Source: the human T2T-CHM13v2.0 reference genome, Homo sapiens. From it: a stretch of 64,000 bases of DNA. The translations under genes and the position numbers were made by a program. A model generated the notes under the pieces. That model was not told where the DNA came from. It saw nothing but the letters and a program-made list of their open reading frames with translations, and did no database searches. Below are positions 28,900-41,949 of this stretch, piece by piece (the first letter of the stretch is position 1; the number at the start of each line of letters is the position of its first letter). Location of the stretch: the NCBI RefSeq assembly GCF_009914755.1, contig NC_060927.1, one strand, 5' to 3'.

Positions 28900-29920
28900 C
28901 TACAATTTGGCATGTTTTTGCAGTGGCTGGTACTGGTTGCTCCTTTCCATGTTTAGTGCTTCCTTCAGGAGCTCTGGTAAGGCAGGCCTGGTATTGACAA
29001 AGTCAGCATTTGCTTGTCTGTAAAGGATTTTATTTCTCCTTCATTTATGAGGCTTAGTTTTTCTGGATATGAAATTCTGTGTTGAAAATTCTTTTCTTTA
29101 AGAATGTTGAATATTGGCTCCCACTCTCTTCTGGCTTGCAGGGTTTCTACTGAGAGATCCGCTATTAGTCTGATGGGCTTCCCTTTGTGGGTAACCCAAC
29201 ATTTCTCTCTGGCTGCCCTCAACATTTTTTTCCTCATTTCATCCTTGGTGAATCTGACAATTACGTGTCTTGGTGTTGCTCTTCTCGAAGAGTATCTTTT
29301 TGGTGTTCTCATATTTCCTGAATTTGAATGTTGGCCTGCCTTGCTAGGTTGAGGAAGTTCTCCTGGATAATATCTTGAAGAGTGTTTTCCAACTCGATTC
29401 CATTCTCCCTGTCACTTTCAAGTACACCAATCAAATGTAGATTTGGTCTTTTCACATTGTCCCATATTTCTTGGAGCCTTTGTTCATTTCTTTTTACTCT
29501 TTTTTCTCTAAACTTATCTTCTGGCTTTATTTCATTAATTTGATCTTCAACCACTGATACCCTTTCTTCCATTTGATCGAATCAGCTATTGAAGCTTGTG
29601 CATGCGTCATGTAGTTCTTGTGCCATGGTTTTCAGCTCCATCTGGTCATTTAAGGTCTTGTCTACACTGTTTATTCTAGTTAGCCATTCATCTAACCTTT
29701 TTTCAAGGTTTTTAGCTTCCTTGCGATGGTTTCGAACATCCTCCTTTAGCTTGGAGAAGTTTGTTATTACCGACCTTCTGAAGCCTACTTCTGTCAGCTC
29801 GTCAAAATCATTCTTGGTCCAGCTTTGTTCCATTGCTGGTAAGGAGCTATGATCCTTTGGAGGAGAAGGGGCACTCTGGTTTTTTGAATTGTCAGCTTTT
29901 CTGCTCTGGTTTCTCCCCAT
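28900..29920 (-). pseudogene. ORF1: L1 ORF1, disrupted
   Basis: MGRNQSRKADNSK..., RPNLHLIGV, RATPRHVIVRF, LQARREW in separate frames. Confidence 0.9.
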
Positions 29921-30500
29921 CTTTGTGATTTAATCTACCTTTGGTCTTTGATGTTGGTGACCTACAGATGCCATTTTGGTGTGGATGTCCTTTTTGTTGA
30001 TGTTGATGCTATTCCTTTCTGTTTGTTAGTTTTCCTTCTATCAGTCAGTCCCTCAGCTGCAGGCCTGTTGGAGTTTGCTGGAGGGCCTCTCCAGACCCTG
30101 TTTGCCTGGGTATCACCAGTGGGGGCTGCAGAACAGCAAATATTGCTGCCTGATCCTTCCTCTGGAAGCTTCATCCCAGAGGGGCACTGGCCTGTATGAG
30201 GTGTCAGTCACCCCCTACTGAGAAGTGTCTCCCAGTTAGGCTACACGGGGGTCAGGGACCCACTTGAAGAGGTAGTCTGTCCATTCTCAGAACTCAAACA
30301 CCATGCTGGGAGAATGATTGCTCTCTTCAGAGCTGTCAGATGGGGACGTTTAAGTCTGCAGAAGTTTCTGCTCCTTTTCTTCAGCTATGCCCTACCCCCA
30401 GAGGTGGAATCTACAGAGGCAATAGGCCTTGCTGAGCTGCGGTGGGCTCCACCCAGTTCAACTTCCCTGGTCGCTTTGTTTACCTACTCAAGCCTCAGCA

Positions 30501-31040
30501 ATGGCAGACGCCCCTCCCCCAGCCAGGCTGCCACCTCGCAGTTTGATCTCAGACTGCTGTGCTAGCAATGAGCAAGGCTCCGTGGGCATGGGACCTGCTG
30601 AGTCATGTGTGGGATATAATCTCCTGGTGTGCCGTTTGCTCAGACTGTTGGAAAAGTGCAGTATTTGGGTGGGAGTGTCTCAATTTTCCAGGTACAGTCT
30701 GTCATGGCTTCCCTTGGCTAGGAAAGAGAAATCTCCCAACCCTTTGCACTTTCTGGATGAGTTGATGCCCCGCCATGTTTTGGCTCATCCTCTGTGGGCT
30801 GTACCCACTGTCCAACCAGTTCCAGTGAGATCAACCCAATACCTCAGTTGGAAATGTAGAAATCACCTGTGTCCTGTGATGATCACACTGGGAGCTGCAC
30901 ACCAGAGCTGTCCTATTCGGCCATCTTGGAACGGAATCACAAGAGAACCAATGATCAAGTGTTTTAAACCTTTGACATATGTGACAGATTTTAAAAATCA
31001 AATTTCAAATTCTAAGTTAAATCTTTTGACCTCAAACTAA
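30501..31040 (+). CDS. ORF0: L1 antisense ORF0, extended (179 aa) and reading into flanking ERV sequence; expression unproven
   Basis: gcaATGG Kozak context; MADAPPPARLPPRSLISDCCASNEQGSVG matches the primate ORF0 N-terminus; frame open to 31040. Confidence 0.4.
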   Translation: MADAPPPARLPPRSLISDCCASNEQGSVGMGPAESCVGYNLLVCRLLRLLEKCSIWVGVSQFSRYSLSWLPLARKEKSPNPLHFLDELMPRHVLAHPLWAVPTVQPVPVRSTQYLSWKCRNHLCPVMITLGAAHQSCPIRPSWNGITREPMIKCFKPLTYVTDFKNQISNSKLNLLTSN

Positions 31041-32076
31041 CTTTAGGATGTTTCAGAGGGCATCTAAAGCATCAGAAGGAAAGATAACAAACCAATTCAG
31101 ACTTATTTGGTATGATGTTATATGGGAGGTGTTGTCACATAAGAAGTGATGTTTAACTTTCTTTGAGTAATATTTGTATGGATGTGTTATTGATATGTGT
31201 TTTATAATGTTATGAGATTCATAAAATTCTGATATACCAAGGTATATGTTATTAGTCATTATGACTATTATGTTAAATTATTGTAGGCCATAGAGGAAAA
31301 TAAACACCTTTTTTTGTCAGTTGCATCTTTAACCATGGCCATTTTAAGTTTTGTTGTTTACAGTTAATTGCTTTATTTGGATACTTTGAAAAGCATTTTA
31401 CTATTGGCTACAGTCCAAAGTTATTTTATTTGTCAAAAACATTATGGAAAGAACCCTGACAAGTACTTGTCAGTATAATTTTTGGTTGCTTTAGGATCAT
31501 AGCATTGGAGTGGGTAAAAATTTCAAAACCCTAGTGAAAAATGCTAGACTCATAATATTGCTAACCTAATATGAAGCAGAACTAGAATTAATTACAAGGG
31601 AATAAACTAATACATGATTATGTTTTTAATGGCTTTTTGTTTGAAACATTGCTGATGCTTTTCATGTCTGGATTTCCAGAGTTAAGAAAACTTTTTTTCT
31701 CTTGAGCTATCTATGGATTTACAATAATTTGGTCAAGTCTACTTTTGTAAGCAGAATTAGGACATTTAGCTTTCTCTCTGCTTAATCCACCCAAAATTTG
31801 GAAACTATTTGTATCTTATTTTATCCCAATATAGTTATTTATATAAGTTCAATAAGAATCTACTCTTCTTGTAACAGGACAATTGAAAACACTGGTTGTT
31901 TTACCATGGCTGTTACTGAAATGTCATATTTTCAGATATGATTAGACTGCTTTGAGGAATGGAAATTGGTTGACTCTTCTGGAGCCAATAAAAAGACTCT
32001 AGGAAAAACTGGCCTGGTATCTTGTCCATACAGTTCTCTGACACCCTCCGTAACCCTGTGGTAAGTAAAGAATGTC

Positions 32077-32239
32077 TTATTTATTTATTTGTTTATTTAT
32101 TTATTTATTTATTTATTTATTTTAGAGATGTGGTTTTCCTCTCTTGTCTGGGTTGGTCTCAAATTCCTAATCTCAAGCAATCCTCCTGCCTCAGCTTCCT
32201 GAGTAGCTGGGATTACAGGCACAAGTCATTGCCTAGCTC
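32077..32239 (-). mobile_element. FLAM_A-like Alu monomer with (TAAA)n tail
   Basis: ctcaagcaatcctcctgcctcagcttcctgagtagctgggattacaggc; TSD aagaatgtc (32068-32076 / 32240-32248). Confidence 0.8.
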
Positions 32240-33078
32240 AAGAATGTCACTTTCTGACAGACCCAGCAATCTAAAGATATTTTTAAAACCTCAAGAAGAG
32301 AAGAATTCACCCAATTCATACAGATATTACAGACAGAATTTGAGGATATCCTTGGCTTGGCTCCTAAGCCTTGGGAGGCTTTTAAAAGTCTAATCTGAGA
32401 TTCCTTAAAAAAAGTTTCAGCAAAGCCAACTTCTAAAGAGCTTATATGGTAAATAATTATTTTTACTATATTTTATACAAATAATCAGACCAAGTTAATT
32501 AGACTAAACTTACTTTATAAACAAATTAGTCTTTCTGTGTTTATCTTTGGTAAAAACAGAGGGATGGAGAGGAAAAATTAAGTTTCAGGAGAAAAACTGT
32601 AGTGCACCTGTTATTAAATTCTATCCCTGTTGATTGTTTTGAGTTTCTTTTCTTTTACTTTTTTAAATCTGGACTGAATTCTAAATTTTTAGTTTTCTCC
32701 AATATCTGGGTGTGACATTCTAACACTTCCAATTTGTTCCCGCCATTCTGGCTTGGGATCATTGAAATTAAAACTATTTTATTTTCTGAAGCTCTATAAA
32801 CTGAAGTTCTACTAAACAAAACAAAAGAGAAAGCTGAGTTTTGCAGTTTGTTTTAACCATTAATCTTTTAATATCTTATTAAATATCTGATTGCTCACAC
32901 CTAAATTTGGTGGAAGGCCATCTACACCACCACTACCTGAAATGAGACACAGATGTTAACTGTTTAACTAAACTGGCCATTTCTCAGGAATAAGAGACTG
33001 ATTTAGTAGCTTATGGAAGAATCCACCCAACTAATTTCTGGACTGTAAAACTTCTTGGGGAATCTTTAGACCAAGAAA

Positions 33079-33712
33079 TGTAGGGACTCAAAATATGACG
33101 CCCTGAAGGAAAGGCCTGAAATGTGACCTCAAAAGCAAAATCTCTCTCTGACTTTCTGCCATCCTGCCTTTCACCCCTCGTTCTCCCCAGAGGCAAGCCA
33201 TAAAAACTAGAATCCCTCTTCTCCAAGGCAGGTCATAGAATCTAGAAACCCCTTTCCTCAAAGCCAGCCGTAGAGCCTAAAAATATTAGTCTAACCTTCT
33301 CCATGCCCCCTCCACCTTTTTGTGTTAACAACTGTCCATAAATAAAGACCCTCATTTCAGAGAAATCCTACCCCATACCCAAAAGAAAGGAATGCTGCAC
33401 AGAGCAGCCAATAAAAATCTGAATAAGCAGGTCTTGGTGAATTTTCCCACTCAGACTATTGGCATTAGATTATACCTTTTTTTGTGCAATCATATCGTTA
33501 CATGACTGTCCATACTTCATTGACCAAGGCATAAAAACAGATACTTTTCCCTATATCTTTGGGTCTTCATTCTGAAGACTCCTGTGTCAATAAAACCATG
33601 ATCAAATAATTGTGTTATTGATTTTCTCTTGTTTACTTGTCTGTTATAGGGATGCTAGCCATAATCCTTATGATGGGAGAAAAAAACAGACTATCCACTA
33701 TCTGCTCCTATA
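33079..33712 (+). mobile_element. 3' LTR (MER39/MER39B-like), uninterrupted
   Basis: tgtagggactca ... cctata; colinear with the 5' LTR. Confidence 0.85.
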
Positions 33713-33812
33713 ATTGTGTGTACTTCAAAATATACATAAAATATAGTAAATGAACTACTGCCACCAGTAGCAGAGTATAGACAAAGTATTCTTCAGTTAC
33801 CTTTCATCAGTC

Positions 33813-34024
33813 CAGTGGCTTTTTAGTAATATTTTATGAAAATCTACAGTAAGAAACTTAAGTTTCATAGTGGCCCAGTACAGATAAGTGAAACAAATAG
33901 TTTCCTGAAACTTATCCGTAGAATAAAGCTAGGCACTCTAATACTTTTTATTCTGTGGTTATGAATTTTTAAAAATTCTCTGTGTCTCATTAGTGAACTT
34001 CAACCTTCAATTTAAAAAACAATA
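33813..34024. mobile_element. Probable hAT-Charlie MITE relic
   Basis: cagtggctttt...acagtaagaaa...cccagtaca...tgaaacaaa..gtttc...caatttaaaaaaca resembles recalled Charlie MITEs; family uncertain. Confidence 0.4.
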
Positions 34025-34068
34025 AGCAAGACCACATAAAGGAACTTATAGTCTATAAAGAAAAACTT

Positions 34069-34753
34069 ATTTAATTTTTTTCATAATTTCAACTTTTATC
34101 TTACATTTGGGAGGTACATGTGCAGGTTTGTTGCTTTGTTATAAGTGTGATGCCGAAGTTTAGAGGTGATCCTATCACTCAGATAATGAGATAGATATTA
34201 CCCAATAGTTAGTTTTTCAACCATTTCCCTGGCCACCCTCCAACCTGTAGTAGTCCTCAGTGTCTATTGTTGCCATATTTGTGTCCATGAGTATCCAATG
34301 TTTAGCTCTCACTTATAAGTGAGAACATGCATTATTTGTATTTTTGTTCCTATATTAATTTTCTTAGGATGATGGCCTTCAGCTGTATCCATGCTGCTGC
34401 AAAGGACATGAGTTTGCTTTTTCTCACAGCTGTACCATATTCCATGGTGTGCAATTAGCACACACATTTTCTTTCTCCAATTCACCATTGATGGGCACCT
34501 AGGTTGATTCCATGTCTTTGCTATTACATATAGTGCTCCAATAAACATACAAGTGCATGTGTCTTTTTGGTAGAATGTTGTATTTTCTTTTTGATATATA
34601 TCGAGTCATAGGATTGGGAGGTCAAATGATTAAAAGTAATTGCAAAAACTGCAATTACTTTTGCACCAACTTAATGATTCTCTTTTATGCTCTTTGAGAT
34701 ATCACCAAACTGCTTTCCACAGTGGCTGAACTAATTTACATTCCCATCAGCAG
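34069..34753 (-). mobile_element. L1PA15/16-like 5'-truncated 3' end
   Basis: ggtacatgtgcaggtttgtt...gtagtcctcagtgtctattgttgccat...ccaatgtttagctc; TSD aagaaaaactt/aagaaaaaatt. Confidence 0.8.
34629..34674. mobile_element. Half MADE1 / solo Hsmar1 TIR
   Basis: attaaaagtaattgcaaaaactgcaattacttttgcaccaacttaa. Confidence 0.85.
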
Positions 34754-35452
34754 AAGAAAAAATTTTAAACAAACAAGAAAAACAAGTAAATGATGAAGGT
34801 GATTATTTCTAACATTGAAAAATAAATAAAATAAATCAATAGTTCACTATTTTCTAAATTGTTATAATTCCTTAAAAATGTAACATTATGAACATGTACT
34901 TTTCAATATAAGAGAATTATGCTTTAGTCTCCCATAGGGTGGGGTACTATGTCAAATATTACTTTTTATCTTATTGTTAACTTTTTCTAAATTATTCTGT
35001 TTTCTGACACATTGCCACCATTCATTTACTCTGCTTTATTCAAACAAAACCCCCCAAAATTGAGGTTTTTTCATTTTGACTTTCCATCTTTATTACTTCT
35101 AAATACAGCTAACGATGAACTAAAACATACCAGTCATAACAATGTTGACATAGAGCCAAGTAAAAGAATAGAATATATTCTCATTATTAACTTTCCAAAT
35201 TACAAAATATTATTTCATTGCATAGTGCATTATCTTTGACAACACTAAGTAATCATGATAAGAAACAAAACTGAGAGGATATCTTAGTCATTTGTTTTCT
35301 TGATAAAGATGTTTGTAAAATAACAAAGTTACATTTTATTTCATGTAATTAATATCCTATGTGAATATTTTAGTTAAATGTAAAATATATCAGATAATAT
35401 GTTCAAGAAATAGGTTGGTATTATTATTTAAATTGAATAATATTAAGATTCT

Positions 35453-38400
35453 TGGGGGAGCTGAACCAAGATGGCAGACTAGAAGCAGCTCATGTGCCTC
35501 ACTTTTACGGAGAGTAAATAAAAGGGCTAGCAAACACAAACCTTACAGGCCAATCATCTGAGAAACCACATTGAGATCCATCAAGGCAGCATGAGGACAC
35601 AGAGAGCAGAGAAGAAAAGGAGCAAAGTTGGACACCAGCCTGTCTGGAGTCAGCGTGGAGCCTGTCTGCCAACTGCAGACCCTGCCTAAAGGAGCCCCAT
35701 GGAACAGAACACCCAATAAAAACAAAATGTGGGCATGGAGACAGTAATTGGACTCCTCCTAGACCCATAAGTGGACTAGAATCAAAGTCAGTCAACGGAA
35801 CCCATCTTATACTCTAATCAGACCCCCAAAGACATCAAAGAAGATAAAATAATACAAAAAAAAAATCCAAATGACAGCAACTTGAAAGATTGAATAACCA
35901 CCAACCCACGCAGCTGAGAAAGAACCAGTGTAAGAACTTTGGTAGCTCAAAAAGCCAGAGTCCTGTTATCTCTAAATGGCCACACTAGTTCCCAAACAAT
36001 GGTTCTTAACCAGGCTAAAATAATTGAAATGTCAGAGACAGAATGCACAATATGGATAGGAATGAAGACCATTGACATTCAGGAGAAAGTTGAAACCCAC
36101 TGCAAGGAATCTAAAGAATACAATAAAAAATACAGGAGATAACAATCAAAATGGTCATTTTTAAGAAAGAACTAAACTGAGCTGATAGAGCTGAAAAATT
36201 CACTTCAAGAATTACATAGTATAATTGCATATATTAATAGCAGAATCAACCAAGCTGAGGAAGAATCTCAGAGTTCAAAGACAGTTCTCTGAAATAACTA
36301 ATCAGACAAAAATAAAAAAAAAAAAGGAGAGTGGACAAAACTGAAAAATATACTATTATGCATAGGATCCCATATGGAATCAACAAGTCTATGACTCATT
36401 GGTGTCCCTGAAAGAGAGGGAGAGAAAGCATGGAAAACACATTTGGGGAAATGAAAATTTCCCCATCGTTGCTGAAGAAGCCAATATTCAAATACAGGAA
36501 ATCCAGAGAGCCCTTGTGAGATACTATATAAGATGACCATCCCCAAGACACATAGTTGTCAGATCTCCAGGGTCAAAATGAAAGAAAAAATGTTAAAGCC
36601 AGCTAGAGAGAAAGGGCAGGTCACCTACAAAGAAAACGCTACCAGACCAAGAGCGGATGTTTCAGCAGAAACCACATAAACCAGAAGAGATTGGGGGCCT
36701 CTATTCAGCATTCCTAAAGAAAGGGAATTCCAACCAATAATTTTATATCCAGCCAAACTAAGCTTCAAAAGCTAAGGAGAAATAAGATTCTTTTCAGACA
36801 AACACATGCTAAGAGAATTCATTACCACTAGACCAGCCTTACAAGTGGTCCTCAAGGAAGTGCTAAATATGGAAAGGAAAGATAGACACTGGCCACCACA
36901 AAAACACACTTAAGTATGTAGTCCACTGGCACTATAAAGCAACCACACAATGAAGTCAATATAATAACCACCTAACAACATGATGACAGAATCAAATCTG
37001 CACATATCAAAATTATCTTTAAATGTAAACAGGATAAATGCTCTAATTAAAAGGCAAAGAGTGGCAAGTTGGATAAAGAAGCAAGACCTACTTGTATGCT
37101 GTCTACAAGACACCCATCTCACATTCAGTGACATTCATAAGCTCAAAGTAGAGGGATGGAGAAAAATCTACTAAGCAAATGGAAAACAGAAAAAAAACCA
37201 GGGATTGTTATTCTAATTTCAGACAAAACAGACTTTAAACGAACAATGATCAAAAAAGACAAGGGCATTACATAATGGTAAAATGTTCAATTCAACTAAA
37301 AGATCTAACTATCTAAATATATATATGCACTCAATAATGGAGCACTCAGATTCATAAAAAAAGTTTTTAGAGAGCTATGAACAGACTTAAAAACCACATA
37401 ATAATAGTGGGAGATTTTAACACACCACTGTCAGTATTAGAAAGATTATTAAGGCAAAACACTAACAAAGATGTTTAAGACCTGATCTCAATATTTGACC
37501 AAATAGGCCTAACGGACATCTACAAAACTCTCCACCCCCAAATAACAGAATATATATTCTTTTTATCTGCACATGGCACATACTCTAAAATCAACCATGT
37601 AATTGGCCACAAAACAATCCTCAATGAATTCAGAAAAACTAAAATTATGCCAACAATACTGTCAGATGACACTGCAATAAAAATAGAAATAAATACTAAG
37701 AAAACCATGTAAAATCATACAATTACATAGAAATTAAACAACCTGCTGCTGAATGACCCTCAGGTAAACAATGAAATTAAAGCAGAAATCAAGAAATTAT
37801 TTAAAATGAATGAAAACACACAACGTACTAGAATCTCTGAGACACAGCAAAAGCAGTGTTGAGAGGGAAGTTTATGGCACTAAATTTCCACATCAAAAGT
37901 TAGAGAGATCTTAAATTAACAACCAGAGGAACTGGAGAAACAAGAGCAAAACAACCCAAAGCTAACAGACGACAATAATTAAAGTCAGAGCTGAACTGAA
38001 GGAAACTGAGACACAAAAACCATACAAAAGGTCAACGGATACAGGAGATATTGTTTTGTTTTGTTTTGTTTTTAAGAATAAATAAGATTGATTATTATTA
38101 GCTGCACTAATAAAGAAAAAAAGAGAGAAGATCCAAATAAACACAATCAGAAAGGAAATAGGGGACATTACCACTGAACCCACAAAAATACAAAAATCTT
38201 CAGAGACTATTATGAACACCACTATGTACACAAACTAGAAAACCTACAACAAATGGATAAATATTTGGATATATACAGTCTCCCAAGATTGAACCAGGAA
38301 GAAACTGAATCCCTGAACAGACCAATAATGAGTTCTGAAATTGAATCAGTAATAAAAAGCCTACCAACCAGGAAAAGCCCAGGGCCAGATGGTTTCACAG

Positions 38401-38570
38401 CCAAATTCTACCAGGTGTATGAAGAGGTGGTACCATTCCTACTGAAACTATTTCCAAAAATTGAAGAGGAGGGATTCCTCTCTAACTCATTCTGTGAGTC
38501 CAGCATCATATAAATAAACAAATAAAGAAAACTTCAGGCCAATATCCTTGATAAACATTGATGCAAAAAT
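35453..38570 (+). mobile_element. LINE-1 5' portion (L1PA13-16/L1P4-like): shortened 5'UTR, ORF1, ORF2 up to RT start; 3' part missing
   Basis: ccaagatggcagactagaagcagct; ORF2 start MTESNLHISKLSLNVN (36980); LPRLNQEE...[14 protein letters not shown]; ends at aacattgatgcaaaaat. Confidence 0.85.
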
Positions 38571-38574
38571 AGTA

Positions 38575-39187
38575 ATGTTTCCTAATCCTTAGAAGTTCTT
38601 AGCTGGGACACCTTTGTAACAAAAGACAAATTAACATAGAAAAAGATACACAAATTTATTAATGTGCATATAGAAACAAGAGTCATACACAAAATATGAG
38701 CCTCAAAGTATGGCCTAGATGCCTAAAATTTTTATACCATCCTAAGGTTACAGAAAGAATAGGGGCTTGAGGCTTCTGAAGGGGTGGGGAAGTGGAATAA
38801 CAGGTTAATGGGAGAGTGAACACAGAAAAGTATGTCAAACCAAGGCTCTTTTATTATGAAGATAAAAATATATCACGTAATCTCAGTGCTGTTCTGAAAA
38901 AAAAAATAGATGGTAGCCCGTAGTAAAAGTTTCTCTATGGGATCTTTAGTCTCCTTTTCGTGTGAATTAATCTTTCCTAGATCCATATAAGGGGATATGA
39001 AAAAAGCCTATTTACATCTGCTGTTTACTTCATTTTACTAATGCAGATTTCCTTTACAGATGCAAATTTCTCCCCACAAAAGAAGACTTTTCAGGGCAGT
39101 TCTTGTGTTTGCAGCCCTTCAGAATATCCATCTAAAAATATTCCAAAGAAATATATTTTAGGGTGAAATAATCTGGCTTGCCTCATA
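38575..39187 (-). mobile_element. ERV1 (MER4-group) solo LTR, family uncertain
   Basis: Reverse strand begins ...ttcaccctaaaatatatttctttggaatattt...gctgcaaacac...tttgtggggagaaatttgcatctgta, typical of the MER31/MER67/MER34 group; reverse AATAAA at ~38655. Confidence 0.65.
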
Positions 39188-39538
39188 AGAATGTTTCTTT
39201 TCAATTACTAAGATAAAATACAAGATACTATTTGGCCTAAGTCCAAATATTCATCTGTATTTTTTTACTATAAAACTATTAAGTTATTTTAAAGTTAAAA
39301 AACAATAAAGCAAAGAAGTCAATATTTGTGCACCAAAAAGTGCTGAAGTTTTAGAGCTGGCCACATCCAACCGAAAATTTGTGATAGGGAGGTGTAGAAA
39401 AAAAATACTTGGATTCTCTTTTGGTCACTTTCATACAGAAATTTAAGAACATATTTTCCTTTAGCTGAGAAGTTAATTATAGTAAGGTAAAGGATTTGAA
39501 GGCAGTTTAATTTTTTAACAGAGAATATGTCCAAGCTA

Positions 39539-40183
39539 TGTTCAAGAACAAAAAGACAACAATCAACTTTAAATACTAATATTTAGAAATATGGTCAAGT
39601 ATAGAGTTTATTCGAGCCTAAAGTTGGAAATTGCCATCCCTGAAACACGGACTCCAGAGAAATGGGTTCAGTGCTTCAAAGTTAACACTTAAGGTCTTGT
39701 TTATATAAGAAGGAAAAAAAAAAACAGGATTACAATATTTTCTATGCAAAGCATGTTCCAATTTAATTAATTACACTTTGTTTTATTTTCCCTGTGGCTT
39801 TTTTTTTCTTTTACAGACTTTTCACTTTCTTTCCAATTTAAGAGGGCATATCTAATAATCTAATATTCCACTTTAGATAATGTGATAGTCATGAGGTCAT
39901 TGTTGAGAAAAGTAAGAGGGAAGTTAATCTTCAATGAAATCAACAGTAAAGAGGAAAGGGGTCTTCCCTGATACCTATAGTAATTTGCAATATTTTAAGA
40001 CACAATGTAGGTAAGAAAAAAGGCTAATCTATAATCAGAGAAGCAAAGGTTATGGCTGCCTTGGTTATTGCTGCCTAGATTACAACTGCCTATCATATCA
40101 CTCAGGTCACATATCACATTCCCTTAAGGCTCAAAATATTTTAAAGTTTCAACAGCTTAGATTTTGAATAATTTATTTTCACA
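39539..40183 (-). mobile_element. ERV1 solo LTR (LTR24/LTR39/MER49-like group)
   Basis: Reverse strand tgtgaaaataaattattcaaaatctaagctgttgaaactttaaaatattttgagccttaa ... aataaactc ... aaca. Confidence 0.7.
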
Positions 40184-40289
40184 GAGCATTAGAGTATTCA
40201 AAAGCAACATCATCTATTTGTCATAGCACTGTGAACCTATGCACTATTCTCAGATAATATGTATACTATAGGAAATATGTATACTATAG

Positions 40290-40863
40290 GAAATATTACA
40301 ATCCAAAATGTGGCTCCCTGGTGTAAATATTACAGGATTAAAGGCCTTTAAAGTTCAACATACACTGGAAGAAACTTTTTCCCTGCTTATGTAGAGATCA
40401 GATTAACTCACCAAGGAGAACAATTATTTTTTCCACCTCCTCCATGTTATTTCAGTATCTATTGCAGAAAAGACTTTCTACCTGAAAACCACACCTGAGC
40501 AGACCCTTTCACAAGATAATATCTTTCTCTCAGGATCATTCCATTTTCACAGAGAACTATTTACAGGTGAATCTCTGTTCCCTGATCCATTTATTCGTCT
40601 TAACAATCTTTTCATCATCCCTCAACAGAATTACCTATATTCCTCATCTCCCCTTCCCCCTCTGAAAAAAGATATATAAGTATCTGAGTCCCATTGAGAT
40701 ATTTGGAGTGATCACGCTGTGGTTTTCCTCCATGTACATTAAAAAATTTTTATTCTTTCTCTCCTAAAATTAAAAAAATGTATTCCTCTCTCCTGTCTTC
40801 GGTGAACCGATTTTTCAGTGAACCATCAGAGAACAAAGGAGAAGCTTTCCCTTGGTCCCTACG
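40290..40863 (+). mobile_element. ERV1 solo LTR (MER34-like)
   Basis: ccaaaatgtggctccctgg...tatataag...gatttttcagtgaaccatcagag...tttcccttggtccctac. Confidence 0.65.
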
Positions 40864-41949
40864 ATACTGAAAAGTATTTTGCATATTTTTAAATATGTGC
40901 ATACGTATATACACATATATAGGTTTTTGATAAGTATGTACAAATATACATGTACTTTTTTTAGCCTTCCATATTTTGATTTTTAAATAATTATTGGATA
41001 AGTTTTAGGTGTTTTTACATTTCCAAATATAAACTTAAACATACTAAAGGTAAAAGCTGATAACCAAGGTATAATTTTCACTGGGCCTTGGGAGTAATAA
41101 CTGTTGGCTTTCATATAACCTCCTATTCTCAACACTTTCACAAACATAAACATACTGAGTCAATCTCTGTGATCAGTTACTCACGCCCAACTCCAAAGCT
41201 GAATCTGGTCCTCAGCAGCTTCCCCAGGGAGTCAATTAGAATTACACAGCAGCTGCAGAGGGCAACATCTGGACATGACATTTTACCTAAGTTAGTGACA
41301 ACTAACTTTGCCCTAGCACTGTCCATATTGTTCTTGCCACTTTGACAATAAGTGCGGTAAGATATTAAAGCATTTAAAGACTGTTTGGGGCTAACATTTA
41401 GTACTGACATTCAAAGTGCTCTTCAGCATTCAAAAAACAGAGAGCCTATTTTAAACTGAACCACAAATTCAGTATTATAATTTTTTTTCCCTATGGTAAT
41501 TCATATGGATAAACAAATCTCAATATTTCTTAAATGAAAAGTATTGAATTTAGTTAGAGAACAAAAAATAATGCCTTTTCCATGTCAAATGACATTTGTT
41601 TCATAGCCCAATAGGGACCAGCCTGTGTTCCAAGAAAACAATTGTAGCCAACATGGTTTAGTTTTACACATAATCAAGATGACTTTTGTCTGATTTAAGT
41701 TTAAAACCAATCTGTTTGACACCTAACTTTAATTATTTAAGGACTTATTTAATAAAATCTTTACATTTTATGTATTTATTCGGAAATAATTTAACCATGT
41801 AAAAGATAAAGGATTCATAACTTTCCATGGGAGAGATAGCTATTTATAATAAATATATTCTCCTCAACTTCATCTGTTTCAAATTCAGTCATCAAAAATG
41901 GTGATTAGAATGTGCACATTCTAATACCAATCTCTATCTTTATCTATTC

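Noticed and set aside
34069-38570. Possible twin-primed (5'-inverted) single L1 made of the minus 3' end and the plus 5' part
   Set aside because: The minus fragment has its own TSD, ~700 bp unique DNA intervenes, and a large ORF2 stretch is unaccounted for.
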